From NCBI GenBank assembly GCA_947504725.1, contig CANNHN010000005.1, positions 37,704 through 101,703 of the forward strand: a stretch of 64,000 bases of DNA. The letters run 5' to 3'. Positions 58,844 through 64,000 of this stretch are shown in pieces. This DNA comes from Bacteroidota bacterium. GTDB taxonomy: Bacteria > Bacteroidota > Bacteroidia > 2-12-FULL-35-15. A program made the translations under genes and the position numbers. The stretch's first letter is position 1. The number at the start of each line of letters is the position of its first letter. The notes under the pieces are model-generated. The model was given only the letters and a program-made list of their open reading frames with translations. It searched no databases and was not told the origin of the DNA.

Positions 58844-61144
58844 TTAAATACGAATTCCAATAACACAGATGTCGTCCACTTGTTCTAAATGGGATTTCCA
58901 TTTATTTATAGCTGACTTAAGCAAGTCTCCTTGTTCGACCAAGGGTAATTTGGCTATGCTTAACAATAATTCTTTTAATTGTTTATACATGAATTTTTTA
59001 CCATTCGGACCTCCGAATTGATCAGCCATTCCATCTGTGAAAGTGTAAACTACATCCTCTTTTTGTAACTGAATGGTATGTTGAGTAAAAGAAACAGAGT
59101 CTTTGTCATGTTTCCCAACCGGCATTTTGTCTGGTAAAAAAGCAAGGATTTCATTTCCTCTTGCAATCCAAACGGGATTGTTGGCAGAAGAGTATGTTAG
59201 TTGCTTCTTTGAAAAATCAAAACTGATCAGACTACAATCCATACCGTCTTTTCCACCTTCTTCACTTCCATCATTCGATAAATGATGAATGATTCTTGCA
59301 CGTGTATAGTTTAAGATTTCATTTGGTGCAGTTAATTGTTGTCCATTCACTGCTTCGTTCAAGCATGAAATATTTAGCATGCTCATGATGGCGCCTGGTA
59401 CTCCATGTCCCGTGCTATCTGCCGTTACCAATGCAAATTGGCCGTTTTTTAATTCACTAGCCCAATAGAAATCTCCACTAACAATATCTTTTGGTTGGAA
59501 AAAAATAAAATGATCTGGTAAATTAGTATTTAAGAATTGTTTACTAGCTAGAAGCGAATGTTGAATCCGTTTCGCGTAATTAATACTGTCGGTGATTTCG
59601 CGGTTCTTTTCCTCAACCAATATTTTTTGTTTTTCAATGTATATGTTTTTTTCTTCCAACAAGCTGTTTGCTTTCTGTTTTTGACGATAGCTGCGATAAG
59701 CAAAAACAGCAAAACATAAAATTAAAAATCCTACAAAACCAACAAAGTATAATATAATGGTTTGTTTTCTTCGTTCTGCAATGTTTAATGCATCCTTTTT
59801 TTCCTGCTCTGCCTTTACAATAGATTCTTTTTTGTCGAATTCATATTGCATTTGTGATTCAACAAGTTTTTTTGAGGTCTCCTGATTTACTAGGCTATCT
59901 CTGTATAGAATAGCCATTTTATGATGTTCGAAAGCTTGTTTCCAAAATTTTCCAGGACCGCTGTTTGGTGTTTGAAATCCTGCTGCCTGTGCACTGTCTA
60001 ATTCAGCTAAACCGCTGTATGTATCTTTAATATAATCTTTGGCTCCAATTTCTTTTGATAGTGTTAATCCTTTGTCAAGATATTCTAACGCTTCTTTGAA
60101 TTTCTTTTGCTTTGTGAAAATTACTCCAATGTTAGTGTAGCAATTAGCGATGCCATTTTTATCTTCAAGTTCCTCTGCAAGTTTTAAAGAAGCGAGTTGA
60201 TTTTTTAAAGCATCTTCATAATTTCCTTTGTTTTTATAAATAATTCCAATGTTATTATACGACATAGCGATTCCTCTTTTGTCGCCTATCTCTTCCATTA
60301 TCTTTAATGAAGCCAGTTGATTTGCAAGTGCTTCGGTGTAGTTGCCTTGCAAGTAATGTATGATTCCAATGTTGTTGTAGGAAGACCCGATTCCATTTTT
60401 ATCACCGATTTCTAATCTGATTTTCAAAGAAGCCAATTGATTTTTTAATGCTTCTTTATAGATATTTTGTGAATAATAGATGTTGCCAATATTGTTGTAA
60501 CAATTAGCAATTCCTTGTTTGTCGCCTAATTCTTCTCTGATTTTTAAGGATGAAAATTGATTTTTTAAAGCATCTGAATAATTTCCTTGTAAGTGGTATA
60601 CGTTGCCAATATTCATGAAACAAATTGCCATTCCATTTTTGTCATTTATTTCTGTTCTGGTTTTTAGAGAAGACAGGTGATTCTTTAATGCTTCGGAGTA
60701 GTTGCCTTGAGCATAATAGATATTTCCTATGTTGTTATAAGATCCTGCTATTCCTTCTTTATCGCTAATTTCTTCCCTAATTTTTAATGAGATTGAATAA
60801 TTTTTTAAAGCATTTTTGTAATCTCCTTGATTGTCGAAAATAATTCCAATATTATTATACGCTTTGCCTTCGCCTTTTTTGAACCCTATTTTTTTTGAAA
60901 CAGCCAATGCGTCATTGGCATATTGATTTGCGCTTGAGTAATCTCCTGTATTCCTTATTTCTCTGCAAAGATTATTGAGGGTGTTGACTTTTGTAGTGTC
61001 TTCTTTGCTAACTTTTATAAAGGATTTAAGTGAGTCGATAGTTTGATTTTGTGCAGAAAAATTTGAATTAAAAAAAATGAATAACATAATCAAAAGAAAG
61101 TTTTTCAAATCTATCTTTCTGTATATATAACTATGGTAATTCAT
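58844..61144 (-). CDS. Periplasmic TPR sensor + TM + PP2C phosphatase
   Basis: Signal ending SAQ; 40-aa repeats DK.GIA.SYNNIG.IY..QGNY..AL...L.SLKI.EE.G; TM; SINYAKRIQ, DIVSGDFYW, DSTGHGVPGA, DDICVIG. Confidence 0.93.
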   Translation of the reverse strand: MNYHSYIYRKIDLKNFLLIMLFIFFNSNFSAQNQTIDSLKSFIKVSKEDTTKVNTLNNLCREIRNTGDYSSANQYANDALAVSKKIGFKKGEGKAYNNIGIIFDNQGDYKNALKNYSISLKIREEISDKEGIAGSYNNIGNIYYAQGNYSEALKNHLSSLKTRTEINDKNGMAICFMNIGNVYHLQGNYSDALKNQFSSLKIREELGDKQGIANCYNNIGNIYYSQNIYKEALKNQLASLKIRLEIGDKNGIGSSYNNIGIIHYLQGNYTEALANQLASLKIMEEIGDKRGIAMSYNNIGIIYKNKGNYEDALKNQLASLKLAEELEDKNGIANCYTNIGVIFTKQKKFKEALEYLDKGLTLSKEIGAKDYIKDTYSGLAELDSAQAAGFQTPNSGPGKFWKQAFEHHKMAILYRDSLVNQETSKKLVESQMQYEFDKKESIVKAEQEKKDALNIAERRKQTIILYFVGFVGFLILCFAVFAYRSYRQKQKANSLLEEKNIYIEKQKILVEEKNREITDSINYAKRIQHSLLASKQFLNTNLPDHFIFFQPKDIVSGDFYWASELKNGQFALVTADSTGHGVPGAIMSMLNISCLNEAVNGQQLTAPNEILNYTRARIIHHLSNDGSEEGGKDGMDCSLISFDFSKKQLTYSSANNPVWIARGNEILAFLPDKMPVGKHDKDSVSFTQHTIQLQKEDVVYTFTDGMADQFGGPNGKKFMYKQLKELLLSIAKLPLVEQGDLLKSAINKWKSHLEQVDDICVIGIRI

Positions 61145-61223
61145 TTTGATTGTATGATTTTTGAAAAAATTAATTAATTCACATTTTTTAGTTTGTTAAA
61201 TATAGAAATAAGTAAGATGTCTC

Positions 61224-61261
61224 AAAAAAAATGGCTGCCAAAATCAGAAGGCAGCCATTTT
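61224..61261 (-). terminator. Terminator after the lipoprotein gene
   Basis: AAATGGCTGCC...GGCAGCCATTT stem with A8 on the plus strand. Confidence 0.8.
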
Positions 61262-61280
61262 AATTTAACTAAACAAAAAC

Positions 61281-62105
61281 TTATTCGCTCATTAAAGCGC
61301 CATCAATACTATACTCAACACCTGTAACTACATCTTCTACTTTTGCATCACTAGCCATTTCAAAAGAAGTTTCTGTAACATTTACATGTCCATCAGATGC
61401 ATAATAGTATTTTGCATGATCCATGCTTGCCAAGGTTGGTGTAGCAAGATCACTAAAGTCAAGTAATTGACCAATTGCAATAGTTCCTGATGCACCATCG
61501 TCAAAAAAGCCAAATTCAAAACTACCTTCTCCAGCTGTACCAACTACAAGAAAAATAGCTAAGTTGTTAATCATAAAATCTGTTCCATCTATTTCTCCAT
61601 CAATTGCTACAATTGCTCTTAATTCAGCACTTCCAGCAATACTGCCCCAGTCAGGATCCGCAGATGTTACTTTGATACCTAATACATAATTGTAGTCAAA
61701 ACTTTTTCCGTTGTAAGATAATTGACCTAAGCCACCACCTGTTGATTCAGAAAAAGTATAGGAAGTTGTAGGTGTTGTTGGATCACTCCATGAATAAACA
61801 GTTCTAGCAGGATCTGAATAGGTTGTTCTGCCGAATGTAACGTTTGAGTATATGTTTGTTCCGGATCCAGCACTTGTAAAACTTTGTTGACTTGAACCAC
61901 CTGCCTGAGCTGTAACAAAACCGCGAAGAATCCTTTGGATGTTCTGACGCATTTGTTTGTTTGCAGGCGAGGTAGTATTGTTTGATTTAGCGATGCTCAG
62001 TTGTTTTTCCTTTTGACAAGAAGCTACACTAAGCAAAATCATCAACAAAGCTGGATAAACAAACATTTTCCCCAACATGTTTGATAAAAACGAAAATTGT
62101 TTCAT
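61281..62105 (-). CDS. Hypothetical Ser/Thr/Gly-rich lipoprotein
   Basis: Lipobox VASC-QKEK; beta-rich composition; start could be further downstream. Confidence 0.75.
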   Translation of the reverse strand: MKQFSFLSNMLGKMFVYPALLMILLSVASCQKEKQLSIAKSNNTTSPANKQMRQNIQRILRGFVTAQAGGSSQQSFTSAGSGTNIYSNVTFGRTTYSDPARTVYSWSDPTTPTTSYTFSESTGGGLGQLSYNGKSFDYNYVLGIKVTSADPDWGSIAGSAELRAIVAIDGEIDGTDFMINNLAIFLVVGTAGEGSFEFGFFDDGASGTIAIGQLLDFSDLATPTLASMDHAKYYYASDGHVNVTETSFEMASDAKVEDVVTGVEYSIDGALMSE

Positions 62106-62133
62106 GTTATTTATATTTTAAGAGGTTAAATAA

Positions 62134-62153
62134 GAGGGAGTATTAACTCCCTC
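62134..62153 (-). terminator. Intergenic hairpin between the OMP and lipoprotein genes
   Basis: GAGGGAGT-ATTA-ACTCCCTC 8-bp stem, weak U-tail. Confidence 0.5.
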
Positions 62154-62174
62154 ATTAAAGATAAACAATATTCT

Positions 62175-62921
62175 CTAGAAAATATATCCCAAACGAATTG
62201 CGCTATTAAAATTTGGTCCAAAATTAACTTCTCTTCCTTGGCTGCTTGGATCAGGATTTCCTGGATCTACTGCTGGAGGTGTAACAGCTGGGTAAGTAGA
62301 AGGATAAGTTGTAGTCATTTTGTGGTCACTGTATTTTACCATTTGGAAACCAAAACCAAATTCAGTTCCTAAATACAAATGCTTTGTAATGTAACAATCA
62401 AAACCTGCTACAACGTTAGCTCCAACTCTGAAAAAACCACCTTTGTTTTTGTTTTTGTCAGTTTGAATTACAAATTGGTCTGTTGTTCCGCCTGCATCAA
62501 GTCCTGTTGGAGTAACTTCTTTTGAAGATTGTCCGGCTAAATCTAATTCAGCTCCAATATATGGGCTCAAGCGATTTGTTCCAGCAAAGTGTTTTTCATA
62601 ACCTGGTCTGATATTCCAACCAAATTGTCTTTTTTTGTAATCCTCAGATACTGTAGTTCCCGCTGTTAAGTTTGAATTAAAAACAGAGTCTGCTTTGGTA
62701 GATGAATAGCTTAATCCAATTCCTAAACGGAATGCAGTGCTTTCGCTTAAAAATCTTCTGTAGCGAATGTATGTTAATTGAATTGGTTTACCATTTAATG
62801 GAACAAAATTCAATTCTAAATTATTTGCTTTTGCAGCAGGTTTAAAGTCTGATGCATCTTGTGCCATTGTTAAAGTGCACACAGATAAAAAAAGTGCTGA
62901 TGTAGTAATAGTTTTTTTCAT
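62175..62921 (-). CDS. Outer-membrane beta-barrel protein
   Basis: ATG 62921 MKKTITTSALFLSVCTLTMAQ signal; amphipathic strands; terminal RLGYIF. Confidence 0.82.
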   Translation of the reverse strand: MKKTITTSALFLSVCTLTMAQDASDFKPAAKANNLELNFVPLNGKPIQLTYIRYRRFLSESTAFRLGIGLSYSSTKADSVFNSNLTAGTTVSEDYKKRQFGWNIRPGYEKHFAGTNRLSPYIGAELDLAGQSSKEVTPTGLDAGGTTDQFVIQTDKNKNKGGFFRVGANVVAGFDCYITKHLYLGTEFGFGFQMVKYSDHKMTTTYPSTYPAVTPPAVDPGNPDPSSQGREVNFGPNFNSAIRLGYIF

Positions 62922-62947
62922 GATAGGATTTATTTGGTTTATATGCA

Positions 62948-63019
62948 CAAAAGTATATATGCTTTTGTGTGCACACAATCCGTATGGGTGGGTAAATTTG
63001 TATCCGTACTAGTACGGAT
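62948..63019 (-). promoter_or_regulatory. Operator-like element (copy 1) with promoter TTG-N20-TACTTTTG
   Basis: Perfect 18-bp palindrome ATCCGTACTAGTACGGAT (63002-63019) within the 41-bp element from 62978; -7 box 62948-62955. Confidence 0.75.
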
Positions 63020-63050
63020 GTGGGCTGTTTGCTCTCTAAATAATGGGGAT

Positions 63051-63698
63051 TTAGTCGATCAGCTTGTTTTCAATCGCAAACTTTATTAGCCCTACAGCGC
63101 TTTTGGTATTCGCTTTTCTGAAGATGTTTTTTCGATGTGTTTCTACAGTACGCTCGCTAATAAATAGGGCTTCACCAATTTGAGCATTACTATATTCTTT
63201 TGCAATAAGTTGAATGATCTCTTTTTCTCGCTCCGTAAAATAAATTTTGTTCTCGCCTTCTTTTTTTTGTCCCCGCTCGCTAAGTGTTTTCATCATCTCA
63301 GCAGAAATCTCATCACTAAAAAACATGCCTCCTGCAGCAATTTTTGTTAATGCATTTATTAGTTCTGTTTTTCCTGTGTTTTTTAAAATATAACCAGATG
63401 CACCAGCATCTAGCATTTCGGAGATGGTACTTCTTTCACCAAACATGGAAAGCACAAGCACTTTTATTTCAGGATGATTTTTTTTAAGCAAACGAGTAAA
63501 TTCAATCCCATTCATTTCAGGCATATTGATATCGCTTAAAACAATATCAGGAGTGTTTTTTTTTATTAATTCAATAGCGATGCTTGCTTTTGTAGCTTCT
63601 CCCACAATAGTAAACGCATTTTCATTATGTAATAAAGCTTTTATACCGTCAACCAGCATTTGATGGTCATCCAAAATAAAAAGTTTGATTTTGCTCAT
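63051..63698 (-). CDS. NarL/FixJ-family (LuxR HTH) response regulator
   Basis: ILDDH, LSDINMPEMNG, LSM, GASGYILK; TEREKEII.LIA..YSN.QI...LFISERTVETHRKNI; ATG 63698. Confidence 0.95.
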   Translation of the reverse strand: MSKIKLFILDDHQMLVDGIKALLHNENAFTIVGEATKASIAIELIKKNTPDIVLSDINMPEMNGIEFTRLLKKNHPEIKVLVLSMFGERSTISEMLDAGASGYILKNTGKTELINALTKIAAGGMFFSDEISAEMMKTLSERGQKKEGENKIYFTEREKEIIQLIAKEYSNAQIGEALFISERTVETHRKNIFRKANTKSAVGLIKFAIENKLID

Positions 63699-63714
63699 AT
63701 TGTAAAAATACGAA

Positions 63715-64000
63715 TTATTTGATAGGAACTTCAATGCTTACTGTGGTTCCTTTTTCAGGGCGTGAATCAAAATTAACATTGCCGTTGAGGTATTCGATTC
63801 TAGATTGAATGTTTTTTAATCCGATACCTTTTTCCATCACTTTGTTTAGGTCAAATCCAATTCCATTGTCCTCAATCATCAAGGTTAACTCATCGTTATG
63901 ACGTATGATTTGGATATTAACAACAGTTGCCTGAGAATGCTTGATAATGTTGTTTACTAATTCTTGAAGCACTCTAAACAAAACTGTTTCCATAGTGCTT
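63715..64000 (-). CDS. C-terminal HATPase domain of a NarX/UhpB-type histidine kinase (partial)
   Basis: LFRVLQELVNNIIKHS, IEDNGIGF, GIGLKNI, G..GT.V; frame stays open past the window end. Confidence 0.92.
   Translation of the reverse strand, partial: STMETVLFRVLQELVNNIIKHSQATVVNIQIIRHNDELTLMIEDNGIGFDLNKVMEKGIGLKNIQSRIEYLNGNVNFDSRPEKGTTVSIEVPIK

Noticed and set aside
59940-59990. Short extra segment AAGFQTPNSGPG in the last TPR of the TPR-PP2C
   Set aside because: No repeat or palindrome at DNA level; cannot show it is an insertion without an alignment
58672-62155. Shared 10-mer ATGAGGGAGT (58672 plus strand; 62146-62155 minus strand) suggesting sRNA-mRNA pairing
   Set aside because: A 10-nt match is too short, and the second copy is already self-paired in a hairpin

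Overview
AT-rich chromosomal segment from a Bacteroidota bacterium. Evidence: TAnnTTTG -7 promoter boxes before many genes, Gln-after-signal-peptide proteins, T9SS genes, A-rich SD-less translation starts, standard code 11. About 55 CDSs, mostly housekeeping or envelope genes; no rRNA, tRNA, CRISPR array or transposase seen. Two signalling neighbourhoods stand out. (1) 36.3-49.4 kb: two PP2C (SpoIIE-type) sensor phosphatases, then siaB/siaC with no siaD cyclase in the window. These face an ECF sigma/anti-sigma pair and an operon of lipoprotein, secreted protein and TerB-ABCG-type exporter. (2) 57-64 kb: histidine kinase, NarL/LuxR regulator, OM beta-barrel, lipoprotein, TPR-PP2C and an orphan gldM/porM. 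Here a 41-bp element with a palindromic core (33/41 identical by hand alignment) occurs twice, each time 30 bp from a -7-like box: once before the beta-barrel gene and once before the orphan gldM, whose leader holds an intrinsic terminator. Hand-reading also found unannotated small ORFs, an in-frame TGA in a T9SS cargo gene, an apparent ATA start codon, a REP-like palindrome in frame inside priA, a 236-bp element with perfect 20-bp terminal inverted repeats, and a LtaS-like gene lacking its sulfatase domain. Family names come from motif recognition, not from database searches.
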